Assembly (NCBI GenBank): GCA_963735805.1
Contig: CAVTMK010000002.1
Span: forward strand, 1,376,001-1,440,000
Direction: 5' to 3'
Origin: an uncultured Verrucomicrobiae bacterium
Lineage (GTDB): Bacteria; Verrucomicrobiota; Verrucomicrobiia; Chthoniobacterales; UBA10450
Length of the DNA: 64,000 nucleotides
Shown: positions 48,117-57,716 of the stretch, in pieces
How positions within the stretch are numbered: position 1 is the stretch's first letter
Layout of the letters: each line of letters begins with the position of its first letter
Position numbers and translations under genes: made by a program
The notes under the pieces: model-generated
Told to the model about the DNA's origin: nothing
Seen by the model: the letters and a program-made list of their open reading frames with translations, nothing else
Database searches by the model: none

Positions 48117-49882
48117 GCAACTGCATTAGCACCATTCGCAGCCGGGAAGCGCACCTCAAATTCGGTCCAATCATTTTCAGAACTAACCAGACGCAGATCA
48201 CCGCCATGCAGCCGCGCCAGCTCGCGCGCCAAATTCAAACCGATTCCGTGACCTGACGCGGCCGACGGGGTGGAGCGGTGGTGAAACCGCTCGAAGATAT
48301 TTTCACCGGGCGAGATTGGGCGGCCGGTGTTCCCAATAGACAGGACAATATCCGTGCGGTTGGCGCGTGCGCTGACTCGGATTCGTCCATCGGGCCGGTT
48401 GTACTTTCGTGCGTTTTCAAGGAGGTTTTGCACAATGAGCGACGTATACTGTTTTTCGCCAGCCACAAACAGGGCAGCCGGAAATTCTTTGTCGATCTTC
48501 ACGTTCGGCGAATCCGGGAGAGCGCTGAGGTCATCGAGCCATTCATCAACTAGTTTACTAAGATCCACTGGTGCAGATGCAATTTGAAGATGACCAGCAT
48601 CCATTCGCGACAAAAGAAGCAAGTCGTCGATCACACCAGTTAAGCGGTGCGTCTGATGGAGCAGACCTGAGAGATGTTCGTAGACGTCCGGCTTGAAATC
48701 TTCGTGCCTCAATAGTGATTCTATGCCCACACGAAGAACGGTAACTGGGCTTTTCAATTGATGAGAAGCATCAGCCGAATACCGGGTAGATCTTTGCAAT
48801 TCTTCAGTAGTCGAGGCGAGCGCGGCTTCGGCGCGTTGTCGCTGTGCGCGATCTTCCTCCGAATCCACTGCGAGCTTCTTCACTGGCGCCGAAAACTTGA
48901 GCGCTACAAAATGACTTGCGACAAAACCTCCCAATAAAAGAAGCGCGCCCGCTCCGCCGATCTGCCAGCGAAGCCGATCTAACTGTGCAATCGAATACCC
49001 CAGCGGATAAACGCAAATCTCGTAAGCGGCCGGAAAGAGCGAACCAGGATTAAGCCGCTTGTAAAACAATAGGTTAGGCGCGCCATCGACATTGACGCGA
49101 AAGTTGTCTTGGTCGCGGTCAGAATTCGTGACCGCACTGGATATCTTTTCGTCGAGCGACGTTCGCGCAGATTTTGGGAGCGACGGTAAATGCAATTGGC
49201 CATTTACCCAGACGCCACTTTTCATCCCCACGTCGGTGTGTTTCTCTCCAACCTCAAGTGGTTTGAACCCGATGACCAGCGCAGAGATGACGTCGCCTGT
49301 GTAGCTTGAAAAGATCGGCACAGCTATCAATTCGTCGATCGTTCCTCTGTCGATTTCAGTATTTCGCCGGATGTAACCGATTTGCTGCGTCTCAGGCAAT
49401 TTGCTCAAATTCAGCTGCGCTTCTGTTTTTTGATCCAGTTGGCCAACATCGTAGGGATTTGGCGGTTTGATGACCTGGCCTGAACTGTCTAGAAAGCGAT
49501 AAAATCTCGCGTGAAGCGATTGCGTCGCCCGCTCCGGCGGGGGTTCATCGCCTTCCATTAAATCGCGCAATTCGTCCTTCGCGCTCGGATACAGCAGGTC
49601 GATTGCATTGTCCTCCATGGCTGCGTGGATCCGTGGCTTAGCCGCAAGCACATTGCAACGCTCCGCCAATGCTGCGTGGCGTAATTCTTCGAGCTTGTGC
49701 AGCGAGGAGAGTTCGGCTTGGAAATTCTCCTGCAAATTTCGTTCCGCATCGGCGGTCACCTTGCGCTGCGCAAGGTACAGACCCAAAGCGGTTAGCGTCG
49801 CCACGATGATCATCATGGCGGTGAACAACCGGGCTCGAAAGCTTGCCACGCTTTCGCTTCTCGCATGGACCGTCGAACTCAT
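48113..49882 (-). CDS. Membrane sensor histidine kinase
   Basis: Two TM helices, ASHQLKSP, NLLENARKY, IFERF and GHGIGL. Confidence 0.92.
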   Translation of the reverse strand: MSSTVHARSESVASFRARLFTAMMIIVATLTALGLYLAQRKVTADAERNLQENFQAELSSLHKLEELRHAALAERCNVLAAKPRIHAAMEDNAIDLLYPSAKDELRDLMEGDEPPPERATQSLHARFYRFLDSSGQVIKPPNPYDVGQLDQKTEAQLNLSKLPETQQIGYIRRNTEIDRGTIDELIAVPIFSSYTGDVISALVIGFKPLEVGEKHTDVGMKSGVWVNGQLHLPSLPKSARTSLDEKISSAVTNSDRDQDNFRVNVDGAPNLLFYKRLNPGSLFPAAYEICVYPLGYSIAQLDRLRWQIGGAGALLLLGGFVASHFVALKFSAPVKKLAVDSEEDRAQRQRAEAALASTTEELQRSTRYSADASHQLKSPVTVLRVGIESLLRHEDFKPDVYEHLSGLLHQTHRLTGVIDDLLLLSRMDAGHLQIASAPVDLSKLVDEWLDDLSALPDSPNVKIDKEFPAALFVAGEKQYTSLIVQNLLENARKYNRPDGRIRVSARANRTDIVLSIGNTGRPISPGENIFERFHHRSTPSAASGHGIGLNLARELARLHGGDLRLVSSENDWTEFEVRFPAANGANAVA

Positions 49883-50523
49883 GGGAAATCAACGTGCAGC
49901 GTCTGGCCGTTTTTCAAGTCCACCGCTTTTTCTCGCGTAGTTCTACTGTCTACCCACGCCTTAAGCGTGTAGTGACCTGCAGGAAGTCCGCTCAATCGAA
50001 AGCGGCCGGCCGTATCGGTCATCACAAAGTATGGAGTGTTCAAAACGAGGATCAGACCGCGCATGTGTTCGTGAATGTCGCATCGAAGCGTGACCAACCC
50101 CGGCTTATCGAAAACTTGGAACGGGATAGGGCGCTCCTCCGGTCGATAGCGGCCCAGATCAAATCGTTTGGTGGGCGAGTACGAAAAGATGTTGTGGTAC
50201 GTGTCGTCAAGATTCGGAAACTCAACCTTGGTTCCAACCCGGATCGGGAGAAGCGCTGGAAGGAACGTCAAATCCTTTTGCGCAACCTGTTTTGTCGGCA
50301 GCGAAGCTGGTTTCGAAAACGCGCCGTCGAGATAAACTACGGCCAGAGGCGGTTCGGTGGAAAGGACGCCCGCTTTGGTAACAATCTCGTAGCGTTTTGC
50401 CTGGACTGGGGGCGAATTGGATTTTGGAAGTTCTATACGCCCTTCAACGACTGCGCCCCCAAAAAGCGCAACGGGCATGATGGAAAATACTGCGTTAAAC
50501 CACAGTAACCCGCGCAAGCGCAT
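49879..50523 (-). CDS. Exported cupredoxin-like protein with carboxypeptidase-regulatory-like domain
   Basis: VEFPNLDDTYHNIFS and CDIHEHM (possible type-1 Cu ligands); TDTAGRFRLSGLPAGHYTL; ATG at 50523. Confidence 0.8.
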   Translation of the reverse strand: MRLRGLLWFNAVFSIMPVALFGGAVVEGRIELPKSNSPPVQAKRYEIVTKAGVLSTEPPLAVVYLDGAFSKPASLPTKQVAQKDLTFLPALLPIRVGTKVEFPNLDDTYHNIFSYSPTKRFDLGRYRPEERPIPFQVFDKPGLVTLRCDIHEHMRGLILVLNTPYFVMTDTAGRFRLSGLPAGHYTLKAWVDSRTTREKAVDLKNGQTLHVDFP

Positions 50524-50655
50524 TTTGCCATCCAGTGTAGCAGGCGTTTCAATAATCGGAAAGTGTTTGGTAGTGCCGGCGCTCGGCTCTGTTGAGCCGA
50601 CCGAGGCAGACCGGTGTTCCAGGACGCTGTCCCTGCCACGGTTGTGCGGCAATAT

Positions 50656-53139
50656 TCACCTTTTCGATTCAATCGCCGCCATGGCCGGTAGAGCGAAGAA
50701 AATCGTTGCGATAAGGCTCCAGAAGATCCCAATGGCACACGCGACACCGAGACTGGTAAGCGCCGGATTTCGGGCAAGAGCAAGCGAAGCAAACCCGCTC
50801 ACCGCGGTCAATCCCGCGAGAAGGACGGGCTTCACTACGCCGGCAACATCGTGCTCGATGTCACGCGTCTTTTGCCAGACCAGTACAACATATATTCCGT
50901 AGTCCACCCCGATTGCCAGCACGAGTCGGAACGCAAGTACATTGAGAAGATTCAAATTAATGTGAAGCAGCTTCATCGAAGCGATCATGGCTCCAATTCC
51001 GAACGCAAGCGTGATAACCTGGATCAGCCACAAACGAAAATTCCGATACAAGAGCGCCAACAACGAGATGTCGAAGATCGCCATCAGCGCGCTGATGATC
51101 AGGAGTTGGTGATGAGACCACGGCTGCAGATCGGCGAGCGCGTAGGTCCAACCTGAGAGAATCATGGGAACTCCGGCGACTTGCAGGTCGCGGTTTAGCT
51201 CTTCGCTCTGGGCGTGCGTTGAAATCGGGTGGTTGGTGGTAACGAATCCCGTTGTCAGTGCCGGATCGTGACCGAAGTAGCGATCAACCAGGAACCACCA
51301 GCTGGATGATTTGGGTAGCTGATTGCGCCAGTTTGGCAAAGGCACATTGGGATTCGTAAGCCGTTGTAAATCGTCAAGCAATGTGAACGCCGGGACGAAC
51401 GATTCCTGGCTGAATCCTTCAGCGTCCAGGGTTTGTTCCAACGTCTGGCGCGCTCCCGAAAAATCGACTGCGCTTAACTGCCGCCGATTTGTTTCCATCC
51501 ATTTAGGCGAAAGACAAAGAGCGGCGGGAGTGGAGAAGCCTTTGATTTTTCCCGCTGCCTGGAGATCCCGCCAGTGGACGATAACTTTTTGCCAGTAATC
51601 ATGTAGTTCCTGCGCATTCACCGAGCGTACAATCGCCAGCACGGGCTCCCAACGTACCGGCATTGTGCGCATGATTTTCTCGAGTGCCTGGCTTGCGCTA
51701 ATGTTTTTCGGTTGCAGCGAACGGGGATTTGCTTCGAACTGAAGCGGAGGAATTGGCGAAAAGCCAAACGCGGTCAGGACCAACAGGAACGTGGTGGAAA
51801 AAATCAGTATTGGTAGTGGCTTTCGCACAGTCCGACGCACGTAGTTTCTTACGCTCTCGAACAGCCAATCATGACGAATCGGCTCCTGTCGCTCTCGAAC
51901 GAACAAAAACAAAATCGAACACATAAAGAGTCCGGCAACGAAAATGCCGATGGCAATCAGCACGCCAAGCTGTGAGAAAGCCATGGAGCCACTTAGGACC
52001 AGGGCGAGAAAGCCGACCGCTGTGGTAAGTGCACCGAAGAAAACCGCGCGTCCAAGTTTTGCTATCGACGTCGCGATTGCCTGACGATGCGGTTCTCCAT
52101 CAGAACGCGCCTGCTGATAGCGTCCGACCGTCAGAATTGCGAAATCGACTCCCAGTCCGACCAAAATCGCGCAAAACCCGACGCTGATCATGCTGAGCCG
52201 TCCGAAAAGAAGTTGCCCGAGAGTTAGAGCGACCAGACAGGAAAGGAGAAGGCAAACAGCCATGCCCAGTAGCGGAAGCCAGCGGCGAAAACCGACAAAG
52301 AAAATTGTGCCTACCAATAGAACCGAGCCAAGCAATGTCGCCAGGACATCATAGCGCATGCTGAGCGAAATTTCGGATGCGAAGGCCGAGCGTCCGGTTA
52401 CGAGGACCTGCAGCGGTCCGCCATTCCATCCCTCTGCGGCGACCTCTCGAAACCTGTTTACTTCGCGCATCAAACGCTGACATTCAAAGGCGCTGATCGA
52501 CTTCTGATTGGTCTCCACCAGGAAAACGCGCATCGTGCGGTCTGGCGACGCGAGTGGTTGCTCCTGTTCAATGATAGTGCTTTCTGCAAAAGGTTTCAGT
52601 GCCGGAGCAATCAGACCGAGTGGATCAAACGAAAGCTCGAACTCCGGGCGCGGTGAACCCGCTTCGATCTCTTGGCGCAAACGATGAAGACGATCACGGA
52701 TTTTTTCCGGTTGCAGGACGGACATCGTCCCACGAAAGGCGTTCGGTTCCAGATTAAGAAGCAGGGGCACCGCGATGGATTGAAGGTCGTGAATTCCGTC
52801 AGGCGTGGACATCGGCGAACCGGCGAGCACGCGGGCGCACCAGGGTTGCTGTCGCAGTCTTTCGGCGAACACTGGAGCGAGCTCCTCGAGTTTGTCTACG
52901 TCGTTCGGCTCGCACAAGAGCGCAAAGGTGAGCTCCCGCGTTTGCTCGAAATCGCGATCGTAGATCTTGAGACCTTGCACCGACGAAAACTTCCCGGGCA
53001 ACACATTGAAGATTTCGGAATCAAGTTGTAGCGAGGTAATGAGAATTGTGATGCAGACAACTGTCAGCGCAGCCACACAACACCACGCCAGTGTTCGTCT
53101 ATGAGTAATAGTTCGGGCTGTGAAGTCACTAATGCGCAT
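50656..53139 (-). CDS. MMPL/RND family exporter
   Basis: Two TM clusters with GLGVDF and AIGVDY, plus ALTTAVGF and GLTAVSGF; ATG at 53139. Confidence 0.9.
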   Translation of the reverse strand: MRISDFTARTITHRRTLAWCCVAALTVVCITILITSLQLDSEIFNVLPGKFSSVQGLKIYDRDFEQTRELTFALLCEPNDVDKLEELAPVFAERLRQQPWCARVLAGSPMSTPDGIHDLQSIAVPLLLNLEPNAFRGTMSVLQPEKIRDRLHRLRQEIEAGSPRPEFELSFDPLGLIAPALKPFAESTIIEQEQPLASPDRTMRVFLVETNQKSISAFECQRLMREVNRFREVAAEGWNGGPLQVLVTGRSAFASEISLSMRYDVLATLLGSVLLVGTIFFVGFRRWLPLLGMAVCLLLSCLVALTLGQLLFGRLSMISVGFCAILVGLGVDFAILTVGRYQQARSDGEPHRQAIATSIAKLGRAVFFGALTTAVGFLALVLSGSMAFSQLGVLIAIGIFVAGLFMCSILFLFVRERQEPIRHDWLFESVRNYVRRTVRKPLPILIFSTTFLLVLTAFGFSPIPPLQFEANPRSLQPKNISASQALEKIMRTMPVRWEPVLAIVRSVNAQELHDYWQKVIVHWRDLQAAGKIKGFSTPAALCLSPKWMETNRRQLSAVDFSGARQTLEQTLDAEGFSQESFVPAFTLLDDLQRLTNPNVPLPNWRNQLPKSSSWWFLVDRYFGHDPALTTGFVTTNHPISTHAQSEELNRDLQVAGVPMILSGWTYALADLQPWSHHQLLIISALMAIFDISLLALLYRNFRLWLIQVITLAFGIGAMIASMKLLHINLNLLNVLAFRLVLAIGVDYGIYVVLVWQKTRDIEHDVAGVVKPVLLAGLTAVSGFASLALARNPALTSLGVACAIGIFWSLIATIFFALPAMAAIESKR

Positions 53140-53320
53140 AAACGAGCCAACATTGAACACGAATCGCCGCCGGTACGCCAATGCTGTAGGTAAACGTAAT
53201 TTTGGCAACGCGTTGAGGACAACGCGTTTTATCTTCTCCGTTTGCTGGATCGACCTCTCGGAAAACTATGGGTAGGCGTTCCGCCGAGCTCTCAATCCCT
53301 GCGTTGAACATTTACGACTT

Positions 53321-53743
53321 TCAAAAACGGAATTCGAAGGTCTCGTCACCAGCGACGTATCTCAGGGTATTTCTATCCGGCGCCTGAAGAAATCGATCTC
53401 GTAACCCGAGCCAACCGCGCAGTTGCAGCGGGGCTTGTTCTACGGGACCGGACCACCCCTGCTGAGTCAATCCTCCTTTAACTTCAGCGAAGGTCGCATC
53501 CTGGCGCAGCGAAAGGAGCGTGATGCCGGGACCTTTCGAGACAGTTAACTCGAAGCCACCGGTTTTGGAAAAGCGGACGAGCGCTTCGCCAATGAGCGTT
53601 GTTCCTGGTGCGCGATACATGAGCTGGCCGCTCCTGGTTTGCCAATTTGGATTTGGATTATAAAATTCGTGATCTGAAATAGTTGCGCAACTTATTATGC
53701 AAAACAAGGTAATCGAAAAAAGGGTGACAAACCTTAGAGCCAT
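53321..53743 (-). CDS. Hypothetical lipoprotein
   Basis: MALRFVTLFSITLFCIISC lipobox-like N-terminus. Confidence 0.65.
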   Translation of the reverse strand: MALRFVTLFSITLFCIISCATISDHEFYNPNPNWQTRSGQLMYRAPGTTLIGEALVRFSKTGGFELTVSKGPGITLLSLRQDATFAEVKGGLTQQGWSGPVEQAPLQLRGWLGLRDRFLQAPDRNTLRYVAGDETFEFRF

Positions 53744-53957
53744 GTTCCTGTCTCCTCGGTGGGAGTATCGCGAAGGTGGACAGGTCGTTATCGAATTCAT
53801 AATATCGCGCCCGCCAATTCGGCAGACGTTAATGCTGTCGTTTCTTCATGCATCCCGACACTCATCGTTGGTGGATGTTAGCAAATTGTCCAAATTCAGG
53901 TAGAGGCAACACCGGAACGTCAGCCACACCAATTTGTGGTAACGTGTTCGCCAGAAG

Positions 53958-55064
53958 ATGAAGTTACTCGACCGATTTGTTAGCCGCGAGCTGGTTGTAA
54001 ACGTGTTGTTCGCCATCGCGGTGCTGAGTCTTGTTCTCGTCGTGGGAAATATTTTCCGCAAGCTTCTTCCTCTCCTGGTGAATCACGACGTGCCAATGGA
54101 ATACCTGATTACTTTCATCGCCTACGTATTGCCATTTTCGCTCATCTTTACCATTCCGTGGGGATTGTTGACCGCGATCCTCCTCGTGTTCGGGCGGCTC
54201 TCTGCAGACAACGAATTGATCGCGCTGCGGGCAAATGGCGTGAGTGTTCCCCGCGTTTGCGTTTCGCTCTGGGGCGTCGCCGTCGCTTGCACTGTGATCT
54301 GTCTCTGGCTCAACGTGCAGGTTGCACCAGCAGCTCAGGAAAAATTGCGGAGCACCATTTTCGATCTCGCAACGCGCAATCCGATGGCGCTCTTTGGCAG
54401 CGACCAGGTGATCGATCAGTTTCCCGGACGCAAGATTTATGTCGGCAAGAAGGAAGGTAACAAGCTCGAGAACATCACGGTGTTCGAGTTGAACCAGAAT
54501 TCATTGCCAGTGAAGGTGACCTATGCGCGCACCGGCATGCTCGAAGCCGATTTAGCGAACAAGCAAATTCTCATGCACCTGTATCAAGCGCGTTACCAGG
54601 AGCGGGATGAAAAGGATCCGACCAATCTGCGAAAAATACGCGATGGGATCAATATGGTGGAAGGCACACTGCCCATCAGTCTCGAAGACCTTTACGAGAA
54701 AGAGAAAAAACGCCCGAGCCGCTCCGCGTTGTCCATCGAACAATTGCTGGAACAATTGAAAAGCGAGGATAAACGCGAGCGCAGCGCCAGTCGCACGGAA
54801 ATCAATAAGCGGTTTTCATTTCCATTTGCGTGTGTTGCGTTCGCAATTATTGGGGTCCCGCTTGGCGTCACGGCGCATCGTCGCGAGACTTCAATCGGGT
54901 TCGCCATGGGTTTGATCGTAGCCACTACGTATTTTCTTTTTGTCATCATCGGCGATACGTTGCGTGGAAATCCGCATGCCCACCCGGAACTGCTCGTCTG
55001 GTTTCCAAATATTCTTTTCATCATACTTGGTTTGTTTTTGTTCCGGCGTCTGGCACGGCAATAG
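53958..55064 (+). CDS. LptF/LptG family LPS export permease
   Basis: LDRFV, GRLSADNELIALRANGVS, KRFSFPFAC and LVWFPNI. Confidence 0.93.
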   Translation: MKLLDRFVSRELVVNVLFAIAVLSLVLVVGNIFRKLLPLLVNHDVPMEYLITFIAYVLPFSLIFTIPWGLLTAILLVFGRLSADNELIALRANGVSVPRVCVSLWGVAVACTVICLWLNVQVAPAAQEKLRSTIFDLATRNPMALFGSDQVIDQFPGRKIYVGKKEGNKLENITVFELNQNSLPVKVTYARTGMLEADLANKQILMHLYQARYQERDEKDPTNLRKIRDGINMVEGTLPISLEDLYEKEKKRPSRSALSIEQLLEQLKSEDKRERSASRTEINKRFSFPFACVAFAIIGVPLGVTAHRRETSIGFAMGLIVATTYFLFVIIGDTLRGNPHAHPELLVWFPNILFIILGLFLFRRLARQ

Positions 55065-55186
55065 GGAGTACTCGCGATCGACAGTTGCGCAGTCCGCCCT
55101 TAAACCTTTCTTTCCATTTAGGAGCTCCATGAAAGCGTCGGTTTAGATTGACTATGCCGGTCGTATCGACGCTTGGAACCCGTCCA

Positions 55187-55309
55187 ATGATCGAGCGTTT
55201 ATTCAAACTCTCAGAAAATAAGACCAAGCGGTCGGGATCGCGAAATTACTGGTTGACTTACACACTCGCGTTGGTGCTGCTGTTGTATTTCGTTTTCGTG
55301 CGGAGCTGA
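55187..55309 (+). pseudogene. Probable internally deleted NCS2/AzgA-type purine permease (40-aa remnant)
   Basis: MIERLFKLSENKT resembles the family N-terminus and YWLTYTLALVLLLYFVFVRS resembles its last TM helix. Confidence 0.5.
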
Positions 55310-55375
55310 ATGGGCTAGTGCAGCAAACTGAAGGTGGGGCGCCACCCCGGCAGGTTCGAAAGAACGACGGACGCT

Positions 55376-57022
55376 TTATCCAGCGCCGAGCTCAGCCAGG
55401 TCCGGCACTTCCGCAGTACTGCGTCGCTCCCGTCGCCGTTGAAACGCGGGTACTCGCGTTGAAATTCCCTCCCATAGGCAAACGACCACGGCAGCTACCA
55501 CGAGGATGGACGCATACGGTCGCACGTCATCCAGAAAGTTGATGACGCCGACAGTGGCATCGAGCTTTTTGTCGACGAGCATGACGTGGGCAATCATCGC
55601 GGTGCTTGCGATAGATATGACAAAGTGAATCACGCTTAATCTGATGCTCACCCCAAGAGCCACAGCGCTTAAGACGGCGCCCCACATGAGGTAGCGCTCA
55701 TGCATTTGCCCCAGCAACGCGAACATGACCAGCCATGGCAATGCAATCGCCATGAGTCCCCGAGGATCACGGTTGCGCCAGTGGCGAGCCATACCCAACG
55801 CGCATATCGCCAGCGCGCCTAGATACACCAGGCGCAATGTCCACTGCGGCGTTATGGCAATGTACCGCGACCCGAACTCATACGACCAAATTGGCGATTT
55901 CAGCGACAATCCAAAGGAATCGAGCAAAGAGGGCAAATTATAGCAGGAGCTAATGAAGAGAAATGGGTAGTGCTCGCTTCCATAGATAAAACCGATTTGT
56001 AACCATGCGAAGCTGCCATCTGCGAGCACACCGACGACGAACGCAGTCAAGGCAGTAAAACCAGCAATCCATGATCCTGCATACCGCCACCCGCGCGGCA
56101 AAATGATCAAGGAAACCGCGGCAGCAGTGATCGTGACGCTGGCCCACGCCGCCGGACTGCGGAGAAGCCAGGGCGAAACGACCAGAGCGGCCGTCGTAGC
56201 GAACCCCGCGAGAAATCGCAGTGAACAAGTCCATCTCTTTTCCCACAAAGGCCAGAAAACAAAAAAGGGAGCGACGAAGAGCAACTGACCTTTGAACATC
56301 GCACCGGCAGCCAGCAGGCAACCACATAAAAACCAGCGGTTCTTCAGCGCTGCCAGCACAGCAAACAGATAAAACGGCAGGATCCATACGTCCCATTGTG
56401 GCCAGCCGTGAGCGTCGAGAATCATGGACGGCTCGAACCACGCCACGCTTGCTGCGGCGAGGCCGCAGATTAAAGCGCGATGTTGCCGCGGCAAGTTCCG
56501 AAGCAAAAAGGACTGACTTACCGCTGATTGTCGCTCCAGACACAAGCGAACCAGGAGGAAGATGGCTATCGCGGAAAGCAGTTCGCATAAAAGATTAATC
56601 TTTAGCAATGGGTTCACCAGCTTGGGGTGTCCGTCATCAACGCCGGGAAATTGGTTGCGCACCTGTTTCGCCCAGATTGCCATGACCAGAAGTCGCAGCG
56701 GTGGGTAGTCGAGACGATAATCGTTCTTGTACGACTTCTGTTTGACCCGATCGTAAAGAGAGAAATAGCCGCGGCAGAACCCTTTCAATGAATTCGCAGA
56801 AGCTTCATCAGGTGATAACCGGCGAGCTTCTTTTAGAACCTCGGTGCCCCAGTAAAAAGCATTGACGATGTCGTGCTGGTAGCGCACGTGCCGGGTTTTG
56901 TCCCCGGTCCAACGGCGGAGCTGAACTCCTCCGAGGAAAAGCGCTATGACAAGAAGCGAAAGCGATGTCCACCGGACCAATTTAGTGGCGTAAATTTGGC
57001 TAAGCAGCGCGCGAATTCCCAT
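55376..57022 (-). CDS. Multi-pass membrane protein, GT-C fold glycosyltransferase-like
   Basis: DYPPL, WPQWD, FKGQ, YNL and QMHERY motifs; many TM helices. Confidence 0.75.
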   Translation of the reverse strand: MGIRALLSQIYATKLVRWTSLSLLVIALFLGGVQLRRWTGDKTRHVRYQHDIVNAFYWGTEVLKEARRLSPDEASANSLKGFCRGYFSLYDRVKQKSYKNDYRLDYPPLRLLVMAIWAKQVRNQFPGVDDGHPKLVNPLLKINLLCELLSAIAIFLLVRLCLERQSAVSQSFLLRNLPRQHRALICGLAAASVAWFEPSMILDAHGWPQWDVWILPFYLFAVLAALKNRWFLCGCLLAAGAMFKGQLLFVAPFFVFWPLWEKRWTCSLRFLAGFATTAALVVSPWLLRSPAAWASVTITAAAVSLIILPRGWRYAGSWIAGFTALTAFVVGVLADGSFAWLQIGFIYGSEHYPFLFISSCYNLPSLLDSFGLSLKSPIWSYEFGSRYIAITPQWTLRLVYLGALAICALGMARHWRNRDPRGLMAIALPWLVMFALLGQMHERYLMWGAVLSAVALGVSIRLSVIHFVISIASTAMIAHVMLVDKKLDATVGVINFLDDVRPYASILVVAAVVVCLWEGISTRVPAFQRRRERRSTAEVPDLAELGAG

Positions 57023-57152
57023 GCGATACCCTGAATAAAGACAGCGATTCGATTTGAACGGTTACGACTCTTCTGTTGGAAATGTGTTCTACCTATTCCC
57101 TTGGGGCTTCACCTGTAGCCGCATGAACGCCTCCATTCAAGTCGGGTAGAAT

Positions 57153-57227
57153 TGGCTCCAGCGGTAGGATTCGAACCTACGACCAATCGGTTAACAGCCG
57201 ACCGCTCTACCACTGAGCTACGCTGGA
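57153..57227 (-). tRNA. tRNA-Asn (GTT)
   Basis: TCCAGCGTAGCTCAGTGGTAGAGCGGTCGGCT-GTT-AACCGATTGGTCGTAGGTTCGAATCCTACCGCTGGAGCCA; full cloverleaf with encoded CCA. Confidence 0.97.
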
Positions 57228-57314
57228 TCAAATTTCTTGGCCGAACTGCGGCCATACAGATTGCCCAGAGAATCACGAGCGGCAAGTTGGTTTCCCAAAT
57301 CTTCGACATTGATT

Positions 57315-57370
57315 TGGTTGCGGGGGGCGGAATTTGAACCCGCGGTCCCGCAGACGCGGGATTATGAGCC
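57315..57370 (-). repeat. Duplicated 3' half of tRNA-fMet (anticodon loop to CCA) carrying a substituted 16-nt hairpin
   Basis: GGCTCATAA-[TCCCGCGTCTGCGGGA]-CCGCGGGTTCAAATTCCGCCCCCCGCAACCA versus tRNA GGCTCATAA-[CCTGAAGG]-CCGCGGGTTCAAATCCCGCCCCCGCAACCA. Confidence 0.92.
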
Positions 57371-57619
57371 GGACCGTGACTGGCCAATCATTCTATAGAA
57401 CCCATCGCCTCCTTTTTGTCTTTTGAGCAAACGTTCAAGTTTCCCAGCGTTTGAGAGACTCATCTCCTCGCTTTGCCATATTAATCTCCAAGGTCCCTTC
57501 CCACGGGTCCAATTGGATTCACCAACATTGTGCTGATTGATTCTGCGCCCAATATCACCCGACAAGCCGATGTAGAATTTTCCGTCGCGGTTGCAGATAA
57601 CATAAACGCGATAAAGCAC
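57362..57619 (-). CDS. Small stand-alone GIY-YIG nuclease (UPF0213-like, 85 aa)
   Basis: VYVI...FYIG...RRINQHN...WT...GPW.L...A.KLE..LK; GTG at 57619; stop TAA lies in the duplicated anticodon loop. Confidence 0.9.
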   Translation of the reverse strand: MLYRVYVICNRDGKFYIGLSGDIGRRINQHNVGESNWTRGKGPWRLIWQSEEMSLSNAGKLERLLKRQKGGDGFYRMIGQSRSGS

Positions 57620-57639
57620 CGCCGTCGGTGGGAAAAAAT

Positions 57640-57716
57640 TGGTTGCGGGGGCGGGATTTGAACCCGCGGCCTTCAGGTTATGAGCCTGACGAGCTACCAG
57701 GCTGCTCCACCCCGCG
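57640..57716 (-). tRNA. Initiator tRNA-fMet (CAT)
   Basis: CGCGGGGTGGAGCAGCCTGGTAGCTCGTCAGGCT-CAT-AACCTGAAGGCCGCGGGTTCAAATCCCGCCCCCGCAACCA; C1:A72 mismatch. Confidence 0.97.

Larger units (their letters stand above)
57315..57639 (-). mobile_element. Putative minimal tRNA-inserted element (GIY-YIG gene plus tRNA 3'-half duplication)
   Basis: 325-bp unit bounded by direct repeats of the tRNA-fMet 3' half; no integrase or transposase in the window. Confidence 0.6.

Noticed and set aside
57315..57370. A third functional tRNA
   Set aside because: It lacks the 5' acceptor strand and D arm, and the anticodon stem is disrupted.
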